Positions 37,464-49,755 of a DNA stretch of 64,000 nucleotides are shown in pieces (positions within the stretch are counted from its first letter, which is position 1; the number at the start of each line of letters is the position of its first letter). The translations under genes were made by a program, and so were the position numbers. The stretch comes from Guillardia theta CCMP2712. Taxonomy: Eukaryota > Protista > Cryptophyta. Location: NCBI RefSeq assembly GCF_000315625.1, contig NW_005434666.1, positions 125,750 through 189,749 of the forward strand. Reading direction: 5' to 3'. Below the pieces are notes generated by a model that was given only the letters and a program-made list of their open reading frames with translations, did no database searches and was not told the DNA's origin.

Positions 37464-38654
37464 TTACTCGTCAAACTCGAAACCACTGCCCCCCTCTCCT
37501 TTCCCCCCTCTCGCCCACTTCCTCACGTTCTCCGGCTTCAGCGCCTTCGAGATCGCTGACAGGCTCTTCCCAAACATCGCCGCAAGCTCCGCCTTGCTCT
37601 TGTGTACCTGCGGGTCCTTGGAGTATATGCAGCCTCACGATCTCCTGCCTCTCCCTCGCCGACAGNNNNNNNNNNNNNNNNNNNNNNNNNNNNNNNNNNN
37701 NNNNNNNNNNNNNNNNNNNNNNNNNNNNNNNNNNNNNNNNNNNNNNNNNNNNNNNNNNNNNNNNNCTCCCTCCCTCCCTCCCTCCCTCCACACGATCAAT
37801 GTCTCCCACCTCGGTAGTCCACGGGTAAGTCCAGTCATAGTTGTCCTTGCACAGAGTCAGTCACGCCAACACCGCAGGAGCTGCGTCACAAGATACGCCA
37901 GAGCGATCCGAGAGTACTGTTGCGATCACGACATGTCAGGTGTCAAACTCAAACGCGTCCGCCGCATCTCACGTTGGAAACCGCCTCGAAGCTCATCCCC
38001 AGCCATCGTTCGCCCATGTCCTGTAGTTCAGCTTCAACGGGAGGAACATCGAAGAGAGAAGAGGGTCACAGTGCAACCTGATACGCACAAGAGCCGCACG
38101 TTGCTAACGCATTCTCGTAGCCTTCGACAGAGAAGTCGACAGAGTAAAAGCATCGGTTTGTCCGCTGGACGAGAATGGTCAATGTCATTTCTTTCTGGGA
38201 TCGCACCCTTCACGTTGGCAAGATCGGACAGGAACTTGGTGCTTCCTTCACCTGTACGACATCTCAGACTTTCTCCATACAGGCTTTCGCGCTGACCTCT
38301 GTCGCTCCCTATCTCTATGAAACACCCATCATCGAGCTCTGTTATAATGTCAATTCTTACGTGCTGGCCGCGTTCAAGAATGGCAGCCTTCCACCTCCTG
38401 CTAGTTCCTCGAGCATGACGTAAGCTGATGCTCCTGCTTCGCTCGGCTGAGGGATCCCGCAGCACGACAGCCAAAGAATCAAGCATGCGGCACGGAAGGG
38501 CTGGAGTCTACATGCCATGACGTTACGATGATTCCTGGGCATAAAACGTGGAGAAGGAACATCTAACAGTTGTCTTGTCTCACCTTGTGACTGTCAGAGC
38601 TGGATGAGGCCAACATCTGCCATCTTCTTCGCTCATCGGTCTTCGTTCAGCCAT
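37464..38654 (-). CDS. Protein with C-terminal helix-turn-helix (CENP-B N-terminal/Psq-like); 1-nt frameshift next to an assembly gap
   Basis: ATG at 38654 and coding ORF 38034-38486. After the gap, LSARERQEIVRLH continues, with one extra base, as YSKDPQVHKSKAELAAMFGKSLSAISKALKPENVRKW..FDE*, an HTH pattern. Confidence 0.55.
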
Positions 38655-39368
38655 GGGACTATCCTAAGCCGGTTCCCCGACAATGGTTTCAATGTTACAG
38701 ATCTGTTACGACGCACCGTGACCAGTGATCGGCGACCGTATCAGTGAAGTATCGGACCGTGACGGCGGCAGTCGCCCGGCCAGTACGGTCCGTGACGGTA
38801 CCCGGGCCGCGGCCCGTCCCGGGCAGCGGCAGGCCTCAGTGCCAGTTGTTGCAGGCTGCCCGGCGGTGACTCGCCGGCGCCTCGTTGGGCCGCCCGTGAC
38901 GGCGGCCCAGTGGTCCCGGCGGCCCGGCCCTCGGCCCTCACTGTGCCAGGCCCGCGGGGCCCGGCCGGGGGCACACTGGCAGGCCAGCGGATCAGTCACG
39001 GCGGACCGTCAGGATTCGAGTCGCAAGGATCACGGTCCGATCACGGTCCGAGTCACACCCCGGGGACCGTATCATGCCTCAGTGCGACAGTGGCTTGAGT
39101 AGTAAACTCAGGTCCAAGTTCCTACTTAACTTTCCGGAGTCCCCGGCAATTGAGCCCGCCGGCATGTTCGGCCAGGCCCGGCACTGCCGCGGCAACTTCA
39201 CTGACCCGGGTCTGAACTTCCGAAGTGACAGGCTGGTGAGTGCAGCGGCTTGTTCTAAATCGGGAAGAGAAGGATTGGGGGCAGCAGGTTGACAGTCAGA
39301 GACAATTAGAGAGACTCTTCTGCCCTAGTAGGTCCGCCACCCCTCACGGAGACCCAGACCAGTCGAAC

Positions 39369-40165
39369 ATGGTGAGCATGCCGCGCCTGAGACGAGAGAG
39401 GAGGGGCGGGAAGAGGAGGAGGAGGGGAAGGAGGGAGTCAGCCTGACTCTGATCGCTAGAGGGATCTAGAGTTATATTTGAATGGGGAGGTCGGCAGTGG
39501 CGGCATCTGAACGAAAGGAGGGCAACATGCAGTGCGGGGAGTAAGGAAAGGCACTGCGTTGCGGATGCGGGGGAGTAGGTTCTAGTGACTGAGGGTGAGG
39601 TGAAGAGGGGGAGTAGCCTTGAGAGGGGGATAGAATACACAGATTCTTCATACAACAACTGAACCATTTCACTGTTGAACCTTTTTTTTCATTCGCCCTG
39701 ACATTTGCTGCAGTTTGCTTTGGTGAGTTGCGTGTATTTCAACAAGGGTCTTCTTTGCTGCTTTCGGCTTTCCACTGTTTCAAGATGATGATAGATCATC
39801 CAAAGATCATCAAGGATTTATTTAAACGTTTTCTTGTCTGACAATCATGTTTCCTCGCAGCTGAAACAGTATCACGGCGATGGAACTTGCAATGCCCTGC
39901 CCAAGTATAGCAATGTGAACCCCTTACCAAATACAAGATTGTAACAAGACATATTTGTTTGCAGGTGGGAGCCGTCGTTCAATGCCGTAGATGGAAGTAC
40001 TTCAGATGACTGCACCACCTTCCCTGATTACGGTGAACCAGGTAGGTTCACTCTACAGACTTGAAAGTTGTCATTCATGCTTGTTTGCTTTCAGGACTGG
40101 GTTACGGCGCTAAGTTTGGAAGTGGCGAGCACGGCAGCCCTCTTCCTCCCTACGCAACCTCATAA
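39369..40165 (+). CDS. 67-aa small protein encoded by 5 exons, including a first coding exon of ATG alone and a 9-nt microexon
   Basis: Coding exons 39369-39371, 39714-39722, 39861-39904, 39965-40041 and 40095-40165 are all GT-AG and in frame: MFALLKQYHGDGTCNALPKWEPSFNAVDGSTSDDCTTFPDYGEPGLGYGAKFGSGEHGSPLPPYATS. Confidence 0.65.
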
Positions 40166-40407
40166 GCAAGAATGGTGGTTGAAGTTGTGAATTTAGATGA
40201 AAATCGATTTCAAGTAATGAAGAAATTGGACCACATTGGATCAGGAATAGTCCAGCGTTTTGTTGAGAGATCAAGTGTGCTGGGAGAAGTAACTATCACT
40301 GTGTGAGATCATACACATCAGCACACATCGAAGATCGATAATTCTCAAGAGAAAAATTCAAATTTCATTTACAAAACAAAATCAATTCATCAGAAGAACA
40401 ACTATTA

Positions 40408-41056
40408 TTAACTTGCAGCAAGGGCATCCACGACGCTGCTGAATCCAGCCCCAGTTGTCCCCCAAACGATCGAGAAAGGTAAGCCAACAAGGAAGCACGA
40501 CCAGAAGTACGCGCCAACTGGATATTTGTCCCCTGGGAAGCGGACGAGGCTCAAACCGTAGTTCTTCACACCCAGAGGAATGGGTGCGACTCGAATCGCA
40601 CACATGGTCTGATGGGGTTTGACATGTGAGAAACTACTACAACATTCATGCAGTCTCATATACCTGGAAGGGTTTCTTCTTCAGCACGCCCAGATATTGC
40701 TCCAAAACCGACGGCATGCTCCAATTCTTGCCGAAGATTCTTCCAATCGAAAGCGCACAAATGCATCCTGCTGTCTTTCCAACAAGGCTTCCGAGTGTAC
40801 CCCAAATCGGACCGAACACACATCCTCCGCAAACTTCCAACGGCGTGACGGGAAACGCTAAAGTGGTCCAGCACGTTAAGAAGACTATAAAACCTACGTA
40901 ACCTAGAGGGTGCGATTCGAAATAGTTGAAGATCGCAACTAACAATTGTGTCTTACTGAACTGTGACCAATCTGCGCCATCTGCAGTTGTGTTGCTTGGA
41001 CTGAGAGTGGGTATGTGGTTGATGGGAGCTGAATGCTCGACCGACATGGCTTTCAT
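40408..41056 (-). CDS. TVP38/TMEM64 (SNARE-associated, VTT/DedA family) membrane protein
   Basis: FPVTPLEVCGGCVFGPIWGTLGSLVGKTAGCICALSIGR and, after one intron (~40607-40662), AIRVAPIPLGVKNYGLS match the VTT domain pattern. Confidence 0.85.
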
Positions 41057-42090
41057 TGGTAAATCTGCAAGAGATAATCAGCATATTCAAGGTCATGGAT
41101 CAGTTTCTTTTGGCCACTACTTCAAACCAGATACATGTGCACATTTGACAGAATATTCTCGATAAAAACTCTGCATCGCATCAAGGGTGAATAAAACGGA
41201 TGTGAAGGCTTTTCTCAGTTGATAATTGGATGACGTTCTACTGACGAAACATGGGCTACAATTAGAAAAATCTTGCTTGATGATCAAACCCCAACCTTTT
41301 TACATGCCTACTTGCAATGGCTATGCTGGGATCATTCCATATCCTAAAATCGGGAGGAAACCATACTTACAGATTCGACCTCTACATTTTAGCCTCTGTA
41401 GAAAACCAATGAGCAAATGCTAGCATAGTACATAACCTTCCTCATTCTGAATTTCATGTTTCATAGCGTTTGCCTCTTACTATTCCACGATCACTTATTC
41501 AGGTTCTCCTATCTTGCAGCCTTATGCCAAAACATGCCATTGCATGCTCCGCAATTCCTTCTATCTCTAACCATGTATGTCCCTTACCGTGGTGTATCGG
41601 TGGGTGGGTGGTTCGGAACGGGGGTTATAGAAGCTTTGATTTTAAAGGGTAGGGTCATCACCTCCACCCCAGTAATCTCACGGTTCTAAAGGCAAAGGGA
41701 CCCTACTACAGCATTGCGTTTTCTGCATGGCGAGGAATGAGGGGTAGGTGAAAGAGGAAGGGGTGACATTCCTACCCCCACCCATTAGTTTTGCCCCCTT
41801 TTTTTCTTATTAGGGTACGGGTAGGGAGCACCCCCAGTCAAATAGACCCCGCTATATTACCTAAAAACCACCCCTCCTTCAATATCATCTAGCAGACTGC
41901 TAGCAGTCAGGAATCGGTTTAGCAATTTTAGCCTGCCTGGTACCCCACCCCTTCATAAGTGGTCGAAAGTACCGGACATGACTCAACATGAACTGCAGTT
42001 TATTTTAAGATTAGCTCAATCAATTGAAACCAAGAAAAAAAGGATTCAGCTCGTAGAATTGTCAACAGGGTCCCCGATGGTTGACGAGCG

Positions 42091-43162
42091 ATGAAGTACG
42101 AGGAGTTCCAGTCGGCGGCCATGGCTTTCATGGCAGAGGCGAACGATCACGGTCAGGTGAGGATAATCTATACATTCGACTCAATCACGGGATATGGAGG
42201 GAGAAAAGGTAGAAGAAAGTGCTAGGCAGCACGTGGTGAACAATCATGAATGGTTTTTGTGTTCATGCTACTGGGGATTGAGAGAGCATCGGGATATTTT
42301 GCCTTACTTAAGCATGAGATCATGATAAAATCATGTTTGTGCTGTTTTTTTAATTTTTTTTTTTTGGTGTAGGAGTGGAAGTGGGTCCCAAACCACCCCA
42401 GACCGCTTCAAAATGTTGGAGCAGACGATAGAGGATATCTTGCCCTAGAAGAAGTTTATAGAGAGCCTCTGGAAATTGACAGCACAGAGAACAGAAATGA
42501 ATTGGACGACGAAGATTCTTGCACTTTTATTGACCCGTCTGTCATCAAATCGGAAACAGCGCAGCCGAATATGTACAGGTACCATGTGGTAAATTTCCTT
42601 GCTGTGTATCAAAACGAGTCCAAATGGTTTCCTACAGGTATATGTGGAAGCATATCAGTGTCCTGTTCTCTTTCTGCAGGGAAAGAGCATCGACGGACGA
42701 TTATTGGACACTGAGTACATCTGGCGGGACTGCTGTGGATCAATGTGAGTGGACCACTTTGTACTTCCAAGTGAGGTTGGACACACCAGGAACCACGAAC
42801 AAAGCTGGCTTACTGACTCGGTGAAGCCTGACTCACTCTGTGTATTTAATTGCCTTTTCATGATTTCTTTTCATACAGTGCTTACCGACACCCGAAGAGC
42901 ATCCCGTTACGGGCGAGCCGTTCCATTTTGTTCATCCGTAAGCGAAATCTATTGCATGATCCACCATGGTGATGGAGAAAAACCCAGCTGCAGAAGCAAA
43001 GATTTCATGGACGCGATCATGCAAGCTTTCCTCCCATCCGTGCAAGAGCCTTGCACGCAATCCAACCTCAGATACTTCAAGCTCTGGCTGAGCGTCTACG
43101 GGCAAGCAGTTGGGTTGAGGCTCCCGCTCGCATTACACAGCTCCAACCCACATCCAACCTAG
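42091..43162 (+). CDS. ATG10: Autophagy E2-like conjugating enzyme ATG10
   Basis: Spliced motifs YRYHV/VYVEAYQCPVLF, EEHPVTGEPFHFVHP/C (catalytic HPC, split by an intron) and C-terminal YFKLWLSVYGQAVGL. Confidence 0.88.
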
Positions 43163-43303
43163 AATGTTTGCTGATTGATTGATTCATTGATTAAAGATTC
43201 CCTCAATGTCTTATGCGACATGACAAAACTGAGACTGCAATCGACATAACCGCACAGTCTAGACGGTAGATTTGAAGTTGGTTGGCCTTCCTAAGCAAGG
43301 GTA

Positions 43304-44391
43304 TTACAAGTCATCAGGGGTACCCTCTAGCGGCAGCATCGCACCTGTTCGGATAATGCAGGCAAACACGATGGCAGCAATCTCCAGCACAATGGGCAAG
43401 AAGCAGACAACAGCAACCCTATCATGACTGGTCATGAAAGTTGCCTTGGCTCACATCAGAAAGCTTACGGTGCACCGGCCTTGTTGAGGAAGTTCATCAC
43501 ACATTCCTTTCCTGTGATACCTGAACGAGCATGATCGTCACGAATCAAGGAAATAGATTGTGATTTCTCACAAGTGGACTTGGACGTGTCACAAGCGTAG
43601 TCGCCCGTACAACAGCTCGTCTGTGCAGCAGTGGCTGTCGATGTGCGAACGCACCCAGTATCAAAGCTGCAAAGTGGAATGTTGTAGGTGATGTTTGAGT
43701 TCTGTTGAAATGTAAGATTATCTCTTCTCTTGTTCGAGAGCAAATCATTACGTCTGTCGTTTGGCCTTCATAGCAAGCAGGTGGAATTAATACATCCAAA
43801 GCCTTCCAGTCGAATTCAGTGTAATGATCTCTCAAGACGCCCAGCACAGGTCCCTGGATCTGGGCAGAATTGCCGCTGGAAATCGCAGCTGCAGCTGCAC
43901 CTGTTGTGGCAAAGATTAGTCATACAGAAGGTTTGTAGCAATCGGTATCGTCTCACCGAATCCAATCTGAAGGATGATCATAAGAAGCACGAGGCAAATA
44001 TACAAGTAGAGAATCATCGGTCGCTCTCTGATCGCTCCCACACAGCCAAGGATCGAAATGAAGAATGTGAAAACCCCGACGACCACCAATCCGATCGCAG
44101 GTGAGGCGAAGACAACTGTTGGGATGGAAGCACGGCCTGGAGAAGTCGTGCAGGTACAACCTGCAGTCTCAGGATCTTTCACACACTGACTCTTGCAGTA
44201 ATCATTCACGGAAGTTCCAAAACTGTTGGCTGAGCAAACATCAGCACAAATCAAGATGAATGAACGCTCTCACCGTAGGTCAAGGAAACCGCACCAACAC
44301 CAATGAAGATGAAAGAGAACAAGAGTATCAACATGTTGAGAACGAGAAGTCCTCGACGAGACGTCTTGTACTCACAGCAGAGGTTCGCCAT
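43304..44391 (-). CDS. Tetraspanin-family protein
   Basis: TM1 in RRGLLVLNMLILLFSFIFIGVG; TM2-3 AIGLVVVGVFTFFISILGCVGAIRERPMILYLYICLVLLMIILQ; Cys-rich large loop; TM4, ending ..GAMLPLEGTPDDL*. Confidence 0.82.
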
Positions 44392-44644
44392 GTTATCTAG
44401 CGGGATCTAACGAACCGAAACTACTTGTTTGGAGGTCTTAAGACAAACTGTTCAGGCGGTGAGGTCGTGAGCAGACAACAGACACGAGTATCTGAGAAGG
44501 ATGGTAGGGTGGAGGAAGCGAAGGGGGAGGAGCAATGAGAGACGGAGACAAAGGAGAAGCGGACGGAGGGAAGGGGAGGGAGAGCGAGAGTGGGGGAAGA
44601 AGGAGAGGTGTGCCCTCTAGGCGATCTGGAAGAAAATTTGGTCA

Positions 44645-45240
44645 TTGGGGGGTAGGGGTACCCCTTAACACCTCCACCGTACTAGGGTATGTGTGGGGTA
44701 GGGATAATACACATTGCGGTTCATGTGGTGGGGGTAGTGTGTTTTCAGTAAAAAATACCGGTGTTTACTATTCCAATTGACAATTTCAGGGGGTAGGGTA
44801 TAAAGTATCCAAGGTAGGGGTGATGAACTATGGGTACGGTAGTGGCCAATGTAGAGGTAGGGGTACTGGAACTGGGCAGGACGGGGTGGTAGCGATGGGT
44901 GTAGCGAAATTCATTAATTGAATTTTATCCAATTCGACAAATACTCTTAAAGACATTCGCGAAATATTGCAGTAAACTATATAATTTTCATTATGAAAGT
45001 GACAATAGAATATAAATATTCTCATAGATTCGCTCCCCAAGTTAAGGCTGCCTGACGGTTTCGTCATCCCAATCCGCCTGTACCCTCTACCCCTACCCCG
45101 AAAATAAGAAGTACCCATCCTTTCTTATAACCCCATTGTTTCCTAAGAATCCCCTCTTAGAGAACCGGGTCCTTTTACTTATTCTCTTACGACCGGCCAA
45201 ACTACCCCTTAGTCCGAAGAGTAGTACCCACCCCGGTGAA
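44645..45240. repeat. GGGGTA/TACCCC-rich intergenic block (similar blocks at ~2385-3095, 30540-30920, 41600-41955, 49170-49695, 59240-59420)
   Basis: Dense recurrence of GGGGTAGGGG(T) and its complement in non-coding DNA; the motif is visibly rare in exons. Confidence 0.55.
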
Positions 45241-45775
45241 GCGCTACACTACCAGAAGAAATTCTACATATATATATATCGACACAAATACATTCACATC
45301 TTGGGAAAATATTGTACCAAAAGCCACCTATTAGTCCTAAAATAATTTTTTGACGTCATATACAGTACGATTTAATATTATTTATAACTTGTGGTACAGA
45401 TACCAAAAACTATATTTTATACACACCGCAGGGTGTGGTGGTCCGTACTGAACGATCATAGGAGAGTCTGGAGGTAAATTGAAATATTTACATGTATATT
45501 TGAAATTTTGATGACAAGATATTATTTGTAGAAGCAAGACATGCCTTTACTTCACAAAAAGAAAACCCTAGACTTGAGCAAAATTGTCGATAACTTGAGG
45601 GGTGGGGTAGTAAAAAACAATCTCCGTTCCACCCTCAGGGCAGAGGAGCATTGCCGCCGCCGCGTCCCGCTCGTGACGTTCTTGACGGTGTGACCTCCCC
45701 CTCCCTCTCCTCCTCCTCCTCCTCCTCCGACTTTCCTTTCATCCGTCATTCTTTCTCCACCCTCCTCGCCCAACA

Positions 45776-47906
45776 TGGTCATATCCTGCTTTCTGAGTCT
45801 GTCTGATCCCACACTTCCAATGCCATCAATGCACGCACTGTCGCCCTTCCACACGCGGTTTCCCTCATTTTCCTCTCCTCCTCTTTCCACCTTCCTCGGC
45901 CCCGTCAGAGCATGAGCATCTCTGCAAATTCAATCCACTTTTCGTTGGATTTCCTGTTCGCTGTGAATTGCCCTTCCGTGCATTCATCGAATGTTTTTAA
46001 GCCCCTTGGCCCTTCCCGCCTGCTACATGACCACCTCCGCACTGTTTATGTTCTTGCTCTGCCGTTTTTTTTGTGGACGTGATAGCAACACTGTTGCAAT
46101 TTTTTTATTGCATATGTGGGTTGACTACCTTTCTATGCTGTGTGTTATCACAAAGGTGATTCGTGGGAAATTAGTGGCCCGTACGGCAGAGTCGTGCCCT
46201 CAGTCCATGCTCGCAATCCTGATTTGTATTTTTCTGTACAGGGTCAAATCGTTGAAATCTAAACCAGTCAATTCATCAAGGGAAGCCTCCAGCGTTCCCT
46301 GGGACTCTCGGCCTCCCTCTTTCTAGACCAAGCTCCTTCTCACCAACTTAGCCTCAACTTTTCCTAATCCTCGACTCTCCTCCACGTCCGCCTTGATCCC
46401 CGTCCACGAACCATAATGAGTGCGCTCCCTCCCCCCTCCGCCCCGTTCCCCTTCCTTCAACTATCAATTCTCCCCTCCTTACTTCCCTCAAAACCTTCTC
46501 TCCTTCCTCCCCTAACCTTTCCCCAAATCTTGCACCTGCAGGTGCAGGAGTTAAGAGGTCTCATGACGAGGCAGAAGAACAGGTTGATTACACAGATACT
46601 TGATTTGCTCCAAGTGACTGGATGTGTCGCAGGATGTCCTGGCCAAGAGACAGGTCACTGGCGATGGGATCTCGAGCGGAGATGAGACGCAAATGGCGCT
46701 CAAGATTCTGATTGGGAACAAATCTGCTGGCAGCGTGATTGGCAAAGCTGGAGCAACCATCAACAGCATCAAGGATACCTCAGGCGCTAAAGTCAAAGTC
46801 TCTAGCAACTCAGAAACATTCCCTGGAACGGCTGACCGCATCGTCTTAATTTCTGGAAAAGTTGAAACTGTGCTCTCCGCCGCCAAAATGGTCATCTCAG
46901 AGATGTACAGAGATCCCAATTCGGGTCGGGTTCCCGACGACGTCAACGTAATGCATGTTTCATTTGTCCTGGCTTGCATGTAATTCCTGTTCGGCAGGCG
47001 GTGATGACAGTCTCGATAGTGATCCCTGCTGCGGCATGCGGACTTGTGATTGGCAAGGGCGGCGAGAAGATCAATTCTTTGAGAGAAGAAACTCAAGCAA
47101 AGATTCAATTGCAAGCCAAGGACAAGGTTGCCATTCCAGGACTGAATGAGAGGATCGTCACGATCCAAGGAACGCTCCCACAGGCTCAGACGGTTTGTGC
47201 ATGCAGTGTGCGGTGATAAATCTGATCTGGATTCGCAGGCAGTCGAAAAGATAGTTCATCTGATACATGAGGATGGGAACATTCGTTACGAGAACCTTGG
47301 AACAAATTACGGAATGTCGGGGATGATGGGGAAAGGGCTTGGACAGGGCTACGGGATGGGAATGATGCCCATGCAAGGTGCTGCGGCAATGTACGGTGGA
47401 ATGCAAATGCCGATGGGCATGGACATGGCTTCGCAAGGCATGGGAATGGCTCCTGGAATGCCTGGGGTTTGTTTTTTGATATTTTGCAGCCTTGGTGTCT
47501 GAAACAGTTGTCAGGTTGTGCCAGGACAGGAATACTGGGGAATGAGTCAGCATGGTCTTGGAACTGACATGCACACCGTCCTCAAGCTTTCGATCACCGA
47601 TGATGCCGTTGGGCCTCTTCTTGGAAAGGGAGGCTGCAACCTCAAGGAATACATCAGCGTCTCAGGAGCCAACATCAAGGTTTCTCAAAGGGTCAGTCCT
47701 TGGAATCGTGTGCATTGAGTGTCCTCATTCTACGTGCAGGGCGACACCATTCCGGGCACCAACAACAGGTACATCACTATCCAAGGTACTGCAGCTGCGG
47801 TACAGTATGCTCAACTGGTGAGTCATCCCTTCGACCTGGATGATTTGGTGCTAACCTGAAAGACAAGCTTGTTCTGCAGAAAGCTCCTAACGCAACGCCT
47901 GTTTAA
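45776..47906 (+). CDS. NOVA/BTR1-like RNA-binding protein with three KH domains (secure from 46542; start tentative)
   Basis: Three KH GxxG loops: AGSVIGKAGATI, CGLVIGKGGEKI and VGPLLGKGGCNL. NOVA-like FPGTADRIV and IPGLNERIV. Gly/Met-rich linker. Stop at 47904-47906. Confidence 0.88.
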
Positions 47907-48104
47907 TTTTTCAACGTTTTTGCTTTGAGGTCAGGCTCTGCAAGATACCGATGAACTACGAGAGTGGGCCATGATGGTCCTGAACATTTGGATTTCAGCG
48001 TTTCAATAAATTACACGAAAATGTTTTTTCTTCTATCCTACACAGGCAAGGCTGGAGCGCACCATGATCAACGATCAGTTCTGCACTTTTGGCCCGATCG
48101 CCTG

Positions 48105-48770
48105 TCAGTTGATTGCTGCATTGCTGGTTCCATCGAGGATTTTGCTCCGGCGAAAAATATTGGCGGTTGCGAACGGCCGACGCTCATCCCAATGCACCGA
48201 CTTGCATCCACGCAGCGACTCCATAGGCTTGGCCTTGCTCATGTAGGAAGGCTTGTGGCAATGGCGGTACGCCTCCACCGTGGAGTATGGATGGCGATCA
48301 TCCCACGACACGTAGTAGGAGTCCTTTGAGTGAGTTCCACTGCGTGAGTCGTTGGAAATGAATCTTGCCCAAGCTCTGAGGTGTGCAGTGCGGCTGCAGT
48401 TGATTTGGAAAACCTGGTAGAGAGCAATCAATATTTGCAACAGACTAAGATTGCTCATAGTCATGGTCATAGACCTGATACGATACTATTATTTCCCTTG
48501 CGCTTCTGACTTGCTCTCAGGCCCTATGCCAACATCCGGCTAGATCCCATCGCGGATCTTCATACTTCTTCCTTTTCTCCCCTCACACTCCATCGGTTCA
48601 CTTTATCTTTTGCATCTTCTCAGTGTAATGAGCTCAACTATCTGATCCACTACAGTACTACACACAAACAGCCGTGGCAAGATCCTCATTGTTGCTGCGT
48701 TAACTACAGATATCAAAATTCGTCCCACTCTGAGTTCGTCTGAATCCTGATGCAGTATTCAAACCCTCCC
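48105..48770 (-). CDS. Small hypothetical multi-exon protein
   Basis: Terminal exon ..SKDSYYVSWDDRHPYSTVEAY..WDERRPFATANIFRRSKILDGTSNAAIN* and upstream exon KRKKYEDPRWDLAGCWHR. The start was not resolved. Confidence 0.35.
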
Positions 48771-49755
48771 TCACATCCATGTCTTATTCTCTATGAAATT
48801 ATCTCAAATTCTGCTAGCTATCTTGCTCTCGTCATTTGCTTCCTTTTGATCTTTTTGCATTTTCCTTGCGTTCTGCTCGACTCGACACCCTCCCTCCTCC
48901 CACTCCTCATCAGCCTTTCTTTACACGTCCAATTTGAACAGCTTGCACTTCCCTTCGGTCCTGTACTCAGATCCTGTCTTGTCTTGTCTCCGTCTCGCTC
49001 CTCTCTCTCTCTCTTCAGTCCTCTCCTCCTTACCTTGAGATTCATTCCAGCAACAGCTACTCCCGCCATTCGTACAGAGGCCGCGATTGATTGTGGGAGA
49101 GTTGTTCGGCAGGCAGGGGTGGATACTTTGCAGGGTCCTGCAGGACCGGTGTAATTTACTGAAAAAAATAGGGTAATAATAGGAATATGAGTCAGTTGGG
49201 GGGTACTACACAAGTGCGAGGGGTCCAGGTGCTCCAACAGAATCGATCCCCACCCATGCTCTCCTTCGATCTCATTACCCCCATCGTTCCCTGTAAATGT
49301 ACCGGTACTATTGAGACAAATGAAGGCCCCACCCCCCAATCTCGAGGAATTTTTTTTTTCAAAACGTCCTGGTTGCGACTCCCCGTTTCCCTAACCCCTA
49401 CCCCCCTCTTTTACCATTTATGACCCCACATTCCCCACCCAGAGAATCGAACACACCCACTACCCCTGTTTCTTGTACATCCTTTGCCCCCTACGCTGCA
49501 ACAAGAGTTTTTTGGTCCTAGGAACTTGTCATAGTTTCATATGACTACCTATGACACAGATGTTGTACACGAGCTTGCACGACAGGGTGGGTGGTAGTAT
49601 CTGAGGAATCCATTCTTTCTATTGAAAGGTCACACGATGGACCCAGTCCTAGAACATCAATTCTTGGTGAAAGGGTGGGGTAGACTACCCCAGGCATCCA
49701 TCCGACCTGTGTACTATATATACCGGAGGTTTCCTTGTGGAGCCATGGGGTCCTT

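Noticed and set aside
38706-39102. ORFs inside GC-rich islands (also 58860-59222)
   Set aside because: Stop-poor by composition; Arg/Pro/Gly-rich with no splice or domain support.
40408-43162. Autophagy mini-cluster (VTT-domain gene divergent from ATG10)
   Set aside because: TMEM41B/VMP1 are VTT proteins, but this one looks TVP38/TMEM64-like; adjacency alone is weak without synteny data.
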